Positions 19,718-32,148 of a stretch of 64,000 nt of DNA are shown in pieces. This DNA is from an uncultured Solirubrobacterales bacterium (GTDB lineage Bacteria > Actinomycetota > Thermoleophilia > Solirubrobacterales > 70-9), in assembly GCA_963777575.1 (NCBI GenBank), contig CAVZRH010000012.1:14714-78713 (forward strand), in the 5' to 3' direction. Each line of letters begins with the position of its first letter. Position 1 is the first letter of the stretch. The translations under genes were made by a program, and so were the position numbers. The notes below the pieces were generated by a model. It ran no database searches and was not told where the DNA came from. It saw only the letters and a list, made by a program, of their open reading frames with translations.

Positions 19718-19912
19718 ATGCAGCAGTACTGCGTCCAATGCCTGACCGAGGTCCTCGCCAACGGCCGCACCGCGCCGTCCGGCGAGCTCCTCTGCGCCCC
19801 CTGCCACTCGGCCCTCTGGGGCCCGGGCGCGACCGACGAGCTGCGCCTCCTGGTCGAGCAGCACTCCGCCTTCCCGAACGGGAACGGCTCGGTCGCTGCG
19901 CAGAACGCCTAG
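19718..19912 (+). CDS. Small zinc-ribbon protein (64 aa)
   Basis: CVQC...CAPC, a four-cysteine arrangement. GC3-rich. Confidence 0.5.
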   Translation: MQQYCVQCLTEVLANGRTAPSGELLCAPCHSALWGPGATDELRLLVEQHSAFPNGNGSVAAQNA

Positions 19913-19956
19913 TCGCTGAGGGGAGAACTTCCGCCGCCGCTCCCTTAGGAGCGGCA

Positions 19957-20379
19957 GTGAGTTCCTCTCCCGCCAAGAAGGGGTCCTCCGCGGGCGCCAG
20001 GCCCTCGAACCGCCTGGCGCCCGCGGACAAGCTCAAGCGCGAGATCCAGGCCGTGCTCACCGACGAGCTCCGCAGCGACGAGCACCGGATCGGCCACGGC
20101 CGCTACGACGGCTTCGCCTACGTCGCCGCCGAGGCCTACTTCCACCTCGCCGGCGGCTACGACGCCGGCCTCCATCCGATGCACCTCAAGTACCGCGGCA
20201 AGAGCCATTGGTGGCTCATCGATCCCCAGGGCCGCGTCATCGACCTCACCCTCGCCCCGCGCGAGACCTCGAGCTTCCCGTACGACCGCGGCAAGAGCCG
20301 CCCGTTCCGCTACACGCCGGCCGGGATCTCGCGCCGGGCGCTGACGATCGTGGAGCGGGTCCGGGCGGCGCGGAAGTGA
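19957..20379 (+). CDS. Hypothetical protein (140 aa)
   Basis: GTG start preceded by aggagcgg. GC3-rich. Sequence ...GHGRYDGFAYVAAEAYFHLAGG...SHWWLIDPQGRVIDLT. No domain recognised. Confidence 0.6.
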   Translation: MSSSPAKKGSSAGARPSNRLAPADKLKREIQAVLTDELRSDEHRIGHGRYDGFAYVAAEAYFHLAGGYDAGLHPMHLKYRGKSHWWLIDPQGRVIDLTLAPRETSSFPYDRGKSRPFRYTPAGISRRALTIVERVRAARK

Positions 20380-20686
20380 TGGGCACCGTCAGCTTCCTGA
20401 GCATCTTTCCCGCGCTTCTCGTTTACGGCGCCTAATAGGAGTACTGTCGATAGAGGCTGGCCCTGCAGCCAAAGACTCACCCCCCACCCGAAATGCCACC
20501 GACGGCGCTCTGCGCCACGAGGCGCGAGGTGGGGACTACTGGTTTGACTGCGGGGCCGGTGCTGGCTCTCCAAGGCGTTAACCCACCGGATCGGTGGACC
20601 CGCCTCGATGCGACTCACCGCCCGGCGGCTCATGCCCTCTGGTTTCCGCGCGGATCCAAAAGAGGACACAACGCAAGGAGACAACG

Positions 20687-21073
20687 ATGGGTGCAAATGC
20701 AGACACAGTCAAGGACGGTTGGGACGCCTTCTCAAGGGGCGACATGGACGCGGCAACGGCGACCACGAGCGACTCGGCCGAGATCGTCATCCCCGAGAGC
20801 CTGCCCTGGGGCGGCACCTACACCGGCCCGGCCGGCTTCAAGGAAATGATCGGCAAGTTCGTGTCGAACTTCGACGAGGTCCACCCGGAGCCCCAGCAGT
20901 TCCTCGAGGCAGACGACGGCCACGTGCTGGTCACGGTCTCGGGCACCGGCACCACGAAGAGCGGCAACGAGCTCGGCGGCGACTCGATCTGGCTCTACAA
21001 GGTCGACGACGGCGAGATCTCCCACGCCGAGTTCTACGGCGACACCGCGACCGCGGTCAAGGCACTCGCCTAG
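20687..21073 (+). CDS. SnoaL-like / NTF2-superfamily protein
   Basis: RBS aaggag. VKDGWDAFSRGDMDAA...W.Y.V.DG.I-type layout (SIWLYKVDDGEISHAEFYGD). Confidence 0.75.
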   Translation: MGANADTVKDGWDAFSRGDMDAATATTSDSAEIVIPESLPWGGTYTGPAGFKEMIGKFVSNFDEVHPEPQQFLEADDGHVLVTVSGTGTTKSGNELGGDSIWLYKVDDGEISHAEFYGDTATAVKALA

Positions 21074-21174
21074 CCGACGCGGAATCTCGACCCGCCTGGG
21101 CGCGAGGGGTCGCCGGCTCTGAGCCGGCCAGACCCCGAGCGCCTGAGCGGCCACCTCAACGGAAGGACCAACTT

Positions 21175-21345
21175 ATGCCCACGATCATCGTCACCAGCAA
21201 CGAGAGCGCCGAGCACCGCCCCGCGGTCACGCTCTCCGAGAACGTTCAGCCCGAGCACCTGGCCAACAATCATCACGCGGCCCAACTGGTTGAGCGCCTC
21301 GGATGGGCGGTGACGGACGCGAAGGAAGACGAGGAGACCCGGTAG
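21175..21345 (+). CDS. Small hypothetical protein (56 aa)
   Basis: ATG preceded by ggaagga. No similarity recognised. Confidence 0.35.
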   Translation: MPTIIVTSNESAEHRPAVTLSENVQPEHLANNHHAAQLVERLGWAVTDAKEDEETR

Positions 21346-21668
21346 TAGTTGCAGATCAGGCAGTGAGGAGGGCCGAGTACTTTCCGCAGCTGGGCCCTTA
21401 AGCAGCTGTGGAGCTGCTCGCCGTCCTCTTGGTCTCCTTGGGACTCGCCGTGCCTCAATCGCACGCCCCTCAGCGCTCAGCCTTCAACCGAGTCTGTTTC
21501 AGCAAGCAACTCTGGTCAGCACGCGATGAGTTGCGTCCATGCGTCCTGATCACGGGACTAAATGAGGACGGTTCGTTCGAGGCGACCGTGACTAACGCTC
21601 GTGGCGACGCGCGCTATCGAGTGCGCATCGGGAACCGCGCCGACTAGGCGCGATCCCCGATCGCTGCT

Positions 21669-21890
21669 CTAGGACAGGGACTCGCAGGCGACGCCGTCGT
21701 GATCGGCGTCGAGGTTGGACGGGTCACGCCTGGGGTGGTGCTTCTTGAAGAACTTCTGCGCCTGCTTGTGGCTGTGGAAGTCTGAGCAGTCGAAGTCGCG
21801 GGACTGTGCAACCGCTCCAAATGAGCTCAGACTCAATGCGCCCGCGATCCCGGCGACAGCCAGGGCACGGTTTCGGACTCGATGGGACAT
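21669..21890 (-). CDS. Secreted Excalibur calcium-binding domain protein
   Basis: Signal peptide, then DCSDFHSHKQAQKFFKKHHPRRDPSNLDADHDGVACESL (Excalibur DxDxDGxxCE motif). Confidence 0.75.
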   Translation of the reverse strand: MSHRVRNRALAVAGIAGALSLSSFGAVAQSRDFDCSDFHSHKQAQKFFKKHHPRRDPSNLDADHDGVACESLS

Positions 21891-21931
21891 CGTTTTTCTC
21901 CTTTGCCTCTTGGGTGGTTTCGGACGACTGC

Positions 21932-22667
21932 TTAGGACTCGCACGCGTAGCCGTCGCCGTCGGCGTCCAAGCCGTATGGGTCACTGCCGACGACCTGGAC
22001 AGGGCCGACGTACTCGGGGCCATCCCCGTCACCGCCGGCGCAGTCGACATCGCTGGCGTCCGCCGGGACGCAGGCGCCGACATAGTTCGGATCACAGTTC
22101 GCCGTCGACGGCGAACCCGAATCGACGATCGGTGGCGGCTCGGTTGGTGCGCAATCCGCCGGATCGGTCACCAGCTCGCCGCCGGCCGACCTGGCTGACG
22201 TCCAGCGCGACCCCAACGAAGGCTCCGCCGCGGTTCTCCAGGGTCCACGTACCGGCGAACGTCTGCGAGACGTCGGCGCCGCATGCGTCTGTGGCATCGC
22301 CGATCAGGCGAATACTCTCGACAGCGGCGCTCGGCGTGGCCCGCACCGTGCGAACCGAGAGAAGCGTGGTGGCTGTGGTGGACTCATAGCCAGATCGCCA
22401 CTCGTAGAAGCCGCCTTGTGATCGCCTCAGCTCGGGCGAGTACTGAGCCCACGCCGCGCCGTATCTGCCGGAATCCACCGCGTCGTAGTACGCGGTCACA
22501 ACGGACTTCGCCTGGCGACCGGGGGAGGTGGCGGGGGTGGCGGCGGCAGCCGGCGTCGTATCGGCGACCGGTGTGACGGAAGGTCCTTCTGACGAGGACC
22601 CGCACGCGGACAGCACGACAGCGGTGATTGCCACAGCAAGGCATGCCCAGACAACGCGGGGCCTCAT
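21932..22667 (-). pseudogene. Lipoprotein with a C-terminal Excalibur-like domain; frame change near 22195
   Basis: Lipobox VVLSAC and an N-terminal domain in ORF 22092-22703. The C-terminal part CAGGDGDGPEYVGPVQVVGSDPYGLDADGDGYACES lies in ORF 21932-22297. Confidence 0.65.
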
Positions 22668-22764
22668 CAGGTCACGCCCTTCCTCGAGCCACAGCTCCGG
22701 CAAAGCGTCTGTCGCGTTCGCAGCGAAGCCCTAGGGACCAGCGACGGAGTACCAATCGCCGATG

Positions 22765-23178
22765 TCATGCCTCGACCCTTGATTGCTCCACGTTCGTGGT
22801 GCCACGCAGGCCATAGGCCGCTATTCCCACTAGCGCGATGCCAGCGAGCAGTGTGATCCAGAGGCCAGAGCCGATCAGGCTCATCCCGATCGTCGCGCCG
22901 AACAGCTTCTGCGTAGAGGTGTCGATGACGTGGTAGAGGGCGACACCAGCGATGCCAAGTCCGCAGAGGACCCCCATCACCGGCGTGATCTTCGTATTGC
23001 GAGCGAAGACGATCAGGGCCCCCGCTACCGCTGCCAACGCCAGGGTGATCGCGCCGTCTCCCTGCTGGATCCCGTTGACATGGAAGCCGAGAACGCTCCA
23101 CCAGGGCAGGAACGCGCCCACGATCACCGCGGCGATGGCGGCCAAGCCCAGCTTGTTCCGCCCACTCATTTCCTTCAT
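22765..23178 (-). CDS. Small integral membrane protein (4 predicted TM segments)
   Basis: RBS aaggag lies 6 nt upstream of the ATG at 23178. Hydrophobic segments LGLAAIAAVIVGAFLPWW, ITLALAAVAGALIVF, VMGVLCGLGIAGVALY and GLWITLLAGIALVGIAAY. Confidence 0.65.
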   Translation of the reverse strand: MKEMSGRNKLGLAAIAAVIVGAFLPWWSVLGFHVNGIQQGDGAITLALAAVAGALIVFARNTKITPVMGVLCGLGIAGVALYHVIDTSTQKLFGATIGMSLIGSGLWITLLAGIALVGIAAYGLRGTTNVEQSRVEA

Positions 23179-23272
23179 GACTGCTCCTTTGTTGTTGCTT
23201 TCACGTCTCACGTTGTATCGTTCTGATTGAAAATACACAGACCTACGCATATGTTTCAAACAAAGATGGGAA

Positions 23273-23659
23273 ATGCATATGACTCCGGATCCGCCGGCCT
23301 CCAAGCCCATCTCGCGCCGGTCGGATAGAACTGCGGGCATGAAGGCCGAGGAGGTTCCGCGTCCCCTGCTCCCCTGGCTGGGGCGCGCCTGTCGCCAGGC
23401 GCGGGAGGAGGCGAACGTCAAGCAGGTCAAGATCGCGGCGGCGATCGAGGTAAACCAGGCGACGATCGCGCGCTTTGAGGAGGGCATCGCCTGGCCGCGG
23501 CAGCCCGAGCAGGTGCTGATGGCCTACGCGAGCGAGCTCTTCATGGACGTGCGGCTGCTCTGGCTGCACGCCTTCGTCCTCTGGATCGAGAACGAGCCGG
23601 TCCTCGACAAGCAGAGCCAGGAGGAGATCCGGGCGGCGCTCAAGCGGCTCAAGATCTAG
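23273..23659 (+). CDS. XRE (Cro/CI-type) helix-turn-helix transcriptional regulator
   Basis: LGRACRQAREEANVKQVKIAAAIEVNQATIARFEEG. It is divergent from the membrane protein across an AT-rich spacer. The start is uncertain (23273 or 23339). Confidence 0.65.
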   Translation: MHMTPDPPASKPISRRSDRTAGMKAEEVPRPLLPWLGRACRQAREEANVKQVKIAAAIEVNQATIARFEEGIAWPRQPEQVLMAYASELFMDVRLLWLHAFVLWIENEPVLDKQSQEEIRAALKRLKI

Positions 23660-24041
23660 GGCGGGCGCCGCGCTCGCCGCCAGAGGCGCCACACCTGCGC
23701 AACTTGAGCGCTGATCTGCTCAGCGTGCTGTCGGTTACCGAACCCCCGTTTGAACGACGCACGACTCGCGCGTCTTCCTCTGCAATGAGCATGGACGGCC
23801 TCCCAGTCGTCACGAAATGCGGACGACCGTGAGACTGTCAACCGATCGGGGCCCGTACATCAGTCCAATCCCCCAAATCGCGTTCTCGATTTCCCCCACT
23901 CGCGTTGTCGGTTTCCCCCAACCGGCCTGCGGAGTTTCTACGGACCAGCCGAGCGTCGAGCGCCTATCCGACCGCGTTCTGCGCCAAGGTGGGCGGGTGA
24001 GCGAGCGGGGCGAGAATCTGGCGCAGGCCTCTTTTCCAGAG

Positions 24042-25851
<1,810 letters not shown>

Positions 25852-26301
25852 CTATGCGGCTGCCACGGCCCGAGCTGACTCGAACAGCTCAGCAGGCATC
25901 GAATCCCGGAGTCTCCATGTGATGGAAAGTGGGCGCTCCCCGCGATGCTCTACGTACGTGGCGGGCCCAAGACAGGTGTACGGGGCAGTCGCACTGGTGC
26001 TCGTCTTGGCTCGCTCCCGTACGAAGAGCACCACGCTGCTCCCGCGCGCTTGGTGATTCATATAGCGCTGCGCCGTGGGCGCGCGCTCGGTAAGCGTGCT
26101 CTGTGACTCCCAGTGGAAGAGCTCCGGAGAGATTGCGTAGTCGCGGTAAAGCGTTGTTGGCGAGTAGTCCTTCTCACTCTTTTGCAAGGTCACAAAGAAG
26201 AGATCAGCGTTTGCCTCCTCGACCCCGGCCCAGTGGCCAGGACGGTGGCGACGTAGATCATGGCCGGCTCGGTCTCCGAAGGCACGACGCAAGGAGCTCA
26301 T
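25852..26301 (-). pseudogene. C-terminal DUF3427 domain fragment (remnant of a larger helicase/nuclease-type protein)
   Basis: DLFFVTLQKSEKDYSPTTLYRDYAISPELFHWESQSTL...VVLFVRER...YTCLGPATYVEHRGERPLSITWRL matches the DUF3427 pattern. That domain normally sits at the end of roughly 1000-aa proteins. There is an in-frame stop 39 nt upstream of the ATG and no intact helicase ORF upstream. Confidence 0.6.
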
Positions 26302-28219
26302 CGCGGGCGGCCGTGACGAATGAACGCCCGCATGCCGTCAGACTCAGGTCCCGAAGCCAAGGCGAACTAGCTGCGCCGCGTCGGCAGGCCGCCAACGCCG
26401 CGCCGGCGTCGCACCGGCGGGCTGGTCGAGGGATTCGGCGGCATCGCTGCGAAGTCGGTGAACAAGCACACTCGCCGGTACGTCGTCAAGCAGGATCGCC
26501 CCGGAGCCCGAGCGGCGATCTGCGATGATCCGGACCAGCTTGGCGGTGGGCCCGTGGACCCTTCGGACCTGAAGGCCGTCGGGTCACCCGTCGCCAGTCC
26601 GAGCCGAGCAGCTCAGGAACACGATACATCGCCCCGAGGGAAACGCCTGCGACGTGATCGGGGTCGCCATTCGGGAGGTCTGGGCACAGCCGTGAGCCTG
26701 AAACTGACGCTGCTGTCGCGGTCGATCACCGTTCATGTCGATGACCCCGTCCGTCCTCGATCAACTGGTTGCAGACACGGAGAGCGGCTCATCTCCGCGG
26801 ACGTCGGCTGGATCGACGCCCTCGGAGATTCGCGCACGTCGTCCGCACTGGACCAGGATCACCACGTGATCATAGTCTGCGGTACGTCAGCTGCCCATGG
26901 CTCATGGTAACCGGAAACGACGTACCGAACCGTTCGATAGTCGCTGAACAACGACTGGACCACGTCGAAGTCGGATCGCTACCGACGTCACCGCTCGTCG
27001 TCGAGAGGTTGAACTTCGTCGAGCAGCGCGTTGAACAGCGCCTGGGCCTCACAGCGGCTGAGGATTCGCTGGAGCCGACGATGATCGACATCGAGACCGG
27101 TCGAACGAGACCTGTGTCGTACGAGTAGCCTGAGCGGCTCGACCCCGCGGATGCTCTCTGCGGGTCACATCGAATCAAAGCGGTCGTCTTCCCAGACTGC
27201 GTGTCGAAGGTCGCGCGGACGTCGTGCTGATCGAGATATCGCGCGCGTCTCGCTCGTGCCAGTGCGCGACGTCCTGCCGACATCCAGGCCCAGGTCCAAC
27301 AGCGCCGTTGTAGCGAACAGGTTCGAACGACCCGACGAACGCCGTGGTGCGGCCGCCCTGCTGGCGCTCGAGTAGCGCAGGCCGAATTGGATCCGTGCAG
27401 CTCTTCGTGATGCGCCTGCGGTCATAGGCCGTACTCGAGGCACCTCAGCACCAATGGTCAACGAGTGCGTTCAGGGACGAGCTTGGGCTCAGGTCGCACC
27501 CATCGTACTGTCGTCGTGATCACCCGTACTCGCCCACGCACGGCTGACCAGATCAACGCAAGCTGACTTCACGCACGATTCTCACTCGCCGTCCAACTGT
27601 ACGCGAGCGGCGCAAATCAGGTCGACATAGGTTCGCGACTCTGCCAATTCAACGACTTGAGCTCAGCTGATCCGAGCGTTTGCGGGGCTGATCCAGAGCC
27701 ATTCACCAATGCCGAGGTCGCTGAGCGGATCGAGGCGGTCATCGTCCGGTCGGCGGCGGTCAGTTCATTGGACACCCGAGCAGAAGCCGAAGACTCTGTC
27801 TCGCTCGAGGACGCGCCAGTCGACAGACGCGGATTCGGAAGCTTCAGGCATCTCTTCCGGTGGTCGAGTCCCGCAACGACCGTCGACTCATCTCGGCGGC
27901 CTGGGCCTCGGGCTCCATTCGGTCGAGGTGCCGGCGGGTGACGGCTTCGAGATGTGCCGGACAAACGATCCAGCCGCTTCCGCGGGGTCAAGCGGCTCGA
28001 CGTCTGGACCCTGTAATCGGAGCGACGTTGTTGCGAGCCGGCTGCCGAAGCGCGGCAACCGTGCGTGAGCTCATCGCGTAGGCCTGGTGTGATCAGCGCG
28101 GCCGTCGTTCAAGGCGCTCGACCTTATCCTCGGTCTCCGGCCACGGCACAACTGGGTGAGTCACGAGAGCACCGCGGCAGAAGGCATCGGCGAACCTGAC
28201 CCCTACCATCCCGCGCCCC

Positions 28220-30050
28220 ATGCCCCGCCGCTCCGACCTCCGCAACGTCGCGATCATCGCCCACGTCGACCATGGCAAGACGACGCTCGTCGACGCCATG
28301 CTCTGGCAGTCCGGGGCGTTTCGGTCCGGGCAGGACGTCGCCGAGCGGGTCATGGACTCCATGGATCTCGAGCGGGAGAAGGGGATCACGATCCTCGCCA
28401 AGAACACGGCCGTTCGGTACGGGGAGACCAAGCTCAACATCATCGACACGCCCGGGCATGCGGACTTCGGCGGGGAGGTCGAGCGCGGGCTGACGATGGT
28501 CGACGGGGTGCTGCTCCTCGTCGACGCCTCCGAGGGGCCCCTCCCCCAGACGCGCTTCGTGCTCCGCAAGGCGCTCGAGGCGAAGCTGCCGGTGATCCTG
28601 GTGGTGAACAAGGTCGATCGGCCCGATGCTCGGATCGGCGAGGTGGTCGATGAGGTCTATGAGCTCTTCCTCGACCTCGATGCCGACGAGTCGCAGATCG
28701 ACTTTCCGATCGTCTACACGAACGCCCGGGCCGGCTGGGCCTCGCTGGAGGAGGGCGACGAGGGCACCGACCTCTCCCCCCTCCTCGACCTGGTGCTGGA
28801 GCGGATCCCGGCGCCCGAGTACGAGGAGGGCGCGCCGCTGCAGGCGCACGTCACCAACCTGGACGCGTCCCCTTATGTAGGGAGGCTCGCGCTCTGCCGG
28901 GTGCGGAACGGGACGATTCGCGACGGGCAGCGGATCGCCTGGTGCCGGGCGAACGGCGAGATCGAGCCCGCGACGGTCAGCAACCTCTACGTGACCGAGG
29001 CGCTCGACCGGGTCGAGGCCGACCGAGGCCGGGCCCGGCGAGATCATCGCCGTCGCCGGCCTGCCCGACGTGACGATCGGGGAGACGCTCGCCGATCCCG
29101 AGGACCCGCGGCCGCTGCCGGTGATCACGGTGGACGAGCCCTCGCTCTCGATCACGGTCGGGATCAACACCTCGCCGCTGGCGGGCAGGGAGGGATCGCG
29201 CCTGACGGCGCGGCAGATCCGCGACCGCCTCGACCAGGAGCTGGTCGGGAACGTCTCGATCCGGGTCCGCGACACCGAGCGGCCCGACGTCTGGGAGGTC
29301 GAGGGGCGCGGCGAGCTGCAGCTGGTCGTGCTGCTGGAGCTGATGCGGCGCGAGGGGTTCGAGCTCACCGCCGGCCAGCCGCAGGTGCTGACCCGCGAGA
29401 TCGACGGGAAGACGAACGAGCCGGTCGAGCTCCTCTCGATCGACGTGCCCGAGGACTTCGTCGGCGTCGTCACCCAGGCGCTCGCGGTGCGCAAGGGGCG
29501 GATGGAGCAGATGATCAACCACTCGACCGGCTGGGTTCGCCTCGAGTTCCTGGTGCCGGCGCGCGGGCTGATCGGCTTCCGGACCGAGTTCCTGACCGAG
29601 ACCCGCGGCACCGGCCTGATGCACCACGTCTTCGACCGCTGGGAGCCCTGGGCCGGCGACCTGCGGATGCGGCCGACCGGCTCGCTGGTCGCCGACCGCC
29701 AGGGGAAGACCGCCGCCTTCGCGCTCTTCAGCCTGCAGGAGCGCGGCATGCTCTTCGTCGGCCCGGGCGAGGACGTCTACGAGGGGATGATCGTCGGCGA
29801 GAACTCGCGCGCCGAGGACATCGACGTCAACGCGATCAAGGAGAAGCAGCAGACCAACGTCCGGGCGGCGGCGGCCGACCAGCTGATCCGGCTGGTGCCG
29901 GCCAAGCGCCTCTCGCTCGAGGAGGCGATCGAGTTCATCCGCGCGGACGAGTCGGTCGAGATCACGCCCGAGTCGGTGCGACCGAGGAAGAACCTGCTCG
30001 ATCGCACCGCCCGGGTGAAGGCCGCCCGGCAGGCCGCTCGCGTCGCCTGA
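28220..30050 (+). pseudogene. typA: Translational GTPase TypA/BipA; frame change near 29019
   Basis: [29 protein letters not shown] and NKVDR in ORF 28220-30118. After ...ALDRVEA the sequence continues as [23 protein letters not shown]... in the frame of ORF 29070-30050. Confidence 0.92.
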
Positions 30051-30131
30051 CAGCATCAGTTCCGCCTAGTGCGGAAGAGCTCCGCCGCGTCACACTTGGA
30101 CACGGGGAACACTCGTGAACAGGAGACACGC

Positions 30132-30467
30132 ATGGACGTGAAGGAGACATTCGAGGCGGCGCGCGACTCGCTCACGGTGCGGCGCGTCTACGGCGAGCCC
30201 TACGAGCGCAACGGGGTGACGGTGATCCCGGCCGCGTCCGTCCTGGGCGGCGTCGGAGGAGGCAGCGGCGACCAGCCCGACGGCACGACCGGCGGCGGTG
30301 GCGGCTTCGGCGTGCAAGCCCGGCCGGTCGGTGCCTACGTGATCCGCGGCGACCAGGTGGACTGGGAGCCGGCATTCGATCTCAACCGGGTGATCCTCGG
30401 CGGGCAGGTGGTTGCGCTGGTCGCCCTGCTGGTGTTGCGCTCGATCAAGCGCTCACGGGGACGCTAG
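30132..30467 (+). CDS. GerW/YtfJ family protein
   Basis: RBS aggaga. RRVYGEPYERNGVTVIPAASVLGGVGGGSG...GFGVQARPVGAYVI. Confidence 0.7.
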   Translation: MDVKETFEAARDSLTVRRVYGEPYERNGVTVIPAASVLGGVGGGSGDQPDGTTGGGGGFGVQARPVGAYVIRGDQVDWEPAFDLNRVILGGQVVALVALLVLRSIKRSRGR

Positions 30468-31836
30468 GGCGCTGCCGCGAAGAGCCGCCATTCGTCCGGG
30501 ATTCCCTTGAGCTGCGTCGCGCCGCGGTCGGTGAACTGAATCCCCGATCCGGCGACGAGATCCTTGACCGTGCTGGTGACGAGCACCTCCCCCGCCCCGG
30601 CCAGCGCTCCGACGCGAGCCGCGATGTGAACCGCGATCCCGCCGACGTCGTCCTCCATCACCTCGACCTCGCCGCAATGGAGGCCGATGCGCACTTCCAG
30701 ACCGATGGACCGGGCAGCCTCCGCGATCGCGCCACCGCAGTCGAATCGCCCGCGCCGGGCCGTCGAAGGTGGCGAGGCTGCCGTCGCCGAGCGTCTTCAC
30801 CTCACGTCCGCCGACCCGCTCCAGCTCCCGCCGCACCGCGGCCTGATGCGCCGCCAGCAGCTCCCGCCAGGCGGCATCCCCGAGCTCCGCCGCTCGCGCG
30901 GTCGAGCCGCAGATGTCCGTGAACATCACCGTGGCGAGCACGCGGTCGGGCTCGGCCACCGAGCGGGTGCCGGTCAGGAACTCCTCGACCTCCCCGAGCA
31001 CCGCCTCCTGGTCGCCTGCCCAGGGGATGTGGTCGATCCCAGGTAGCTCGACGTAGCGGGCGTCCGGGATCTGCGCGGCGAGCTCCTCGCCCGCGCGCCA
31101 GTTGACCACCCGGTCGCCGCGCCGGTGGATGACGAGCGTCGGAACATGGATCGTGGGCAGGATGGCTCGCACGTCGATGTCGAGGAACATCTCGAAGATC
31201 TGCTGGACCATCGCCGGGCTCGCGGACGAGCGCTCAAAACGGGCGGTGTACTCGGCCGCCTGGGGATCGCCGACGAAGCTCGGCGAGAAGAGCTCGACCA
31301 TCCCCTCCGCGTTTTGTCCCCAATAGGGGGCGATGAACTCGGCGGCGGATTCGCGAAGCGCCTCGGCGGGCGAGGCCCAGGGGTAGTCGGGCGCCTCGGT
31401 GGTGCGCCCCATGGCCCCGTGGAGCACCAGGGCCGTGACGCGCTCGGGGTGCGTGGCAGCGACCAGGATGCTCATCGGGCCGCCCTCGGAGATGCCGAAG
31501 AGAGCCGCCCGCTCGGATCCTGCGGCGTCCATGACAGCCCGGACGTCGTCGCTCCGCTGCTCGAGGGTGGGCGCCTCGACGACCGGGTCGGACAGCCCGC
31601 TGCCGCGCTTGTCGAAGATGATCAGGCGCGAGAACGAGGCAAGCCGCTCGAAGAAGCGAGCCATCGGCGGCGACTCCCACTGGAGCTCGAGGTGGGTGGT
31701 GAAGCCGAGGACCAGAACCAGGTCGATCGGCCCCTCGCCGACGACCTGGTAGGCGATCGAGGTGTCGCCGGACTTCGCGTACTGGGTCTGAGGGGAGCTC
31801 GACGCGATTCTGAGTTGAATCGTATCCCGGCCCCAT
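30464..31836 (-). pseudogene. Alpha/beta hydrolase domain fused to a class III adenylate/guanylate cyclase domain. There is a frame change near 30740 and probably another near 31795.
   Basis: QYAKSGDTSIAYQVVGEGPIDLVLVLGF...FDKRGSGLSD...FGISEGG (hydrolase), then ATVMFTDICGSTA...TLGDGSLATFDGPARAIR. RIGLHCGEVE...GIAVHIAARV...LKGIPDEW follows in ORF 30464-30694. The only nearby ATG (31836) is in another frame. Confidence 0.75.
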
Positions 31837-31877
31837 TTGGTGGTATCACCTCTAGGAGGCGAATCGGAGGTGAGGAC

Positions 31878-32075
31878 ATGAAGCTGGAGGTCGGGAATCG
31901 CATCAAGGTCGAGGCGGAGTCGACCGAGCGGTCGCCTCGGACCGGCGTCGTGGAGGAGGTGGTAAGCGAGGCACCTTCCCCTCGCTATCGCATTCGCTGG
32001 GATGACGGGCACGAGAGCATCTACGCCCCCGCGGCGGGGGCGGTGGGTCCCGCGGAGCCAACCGAGAAGGCGTAG
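31878..32075 (+). CDS. DUF1918 domain protein
   Basis: 65 aa. RBS ggaggtgagg. ...SPRYRIRWDDGHESIYAP. Confidence 0.7.
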   Translation: MKLEVGNRIKVEAESTERSPRTGVVEEVVSEAPSPRYRIRWDDGHESIYAPAAGAVGPAEPTEKA

Positions 32076-32102
32076 GAGCCGCAGGAGGACACAGGGCCGG
32101 CA

Positions 32103-32130
32103 GGCCGCGCGGGTCTGAGCCGCGGCGGCC
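32103..32130. terminator. GC-rich hairpin between convergent genes (DUF1918 gene and DEAD-box helicase gene)
   Basis: ggccgcgcgg-gtctgag-ccgcggcggcc (one bulge). No U tract. Confidence 0.4.
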
Positions 32131-32148
32131 TCCCGGTACCTCCCTTAG

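Noticed and set aside
20523-20560. tmRNA-like 5' sequence GGGGACTACTGGTTTGACTGCGGGG
   Set aside because: No tRNA-like T-arm/CCA-end and no tag reading frame follow within the expected roughly 370 nt. The downstream sequence is the SnoaL-like gene.
26103-28081. Several 60-150-aa ORFs on both strands (for example 26458-26910, 26870-27283, 27617-27991)
   Set aside because: They overlap one another, lack RBS or recognisable motifs, and sit in the lower-GC decayed stretch. They are not annotated as genes.
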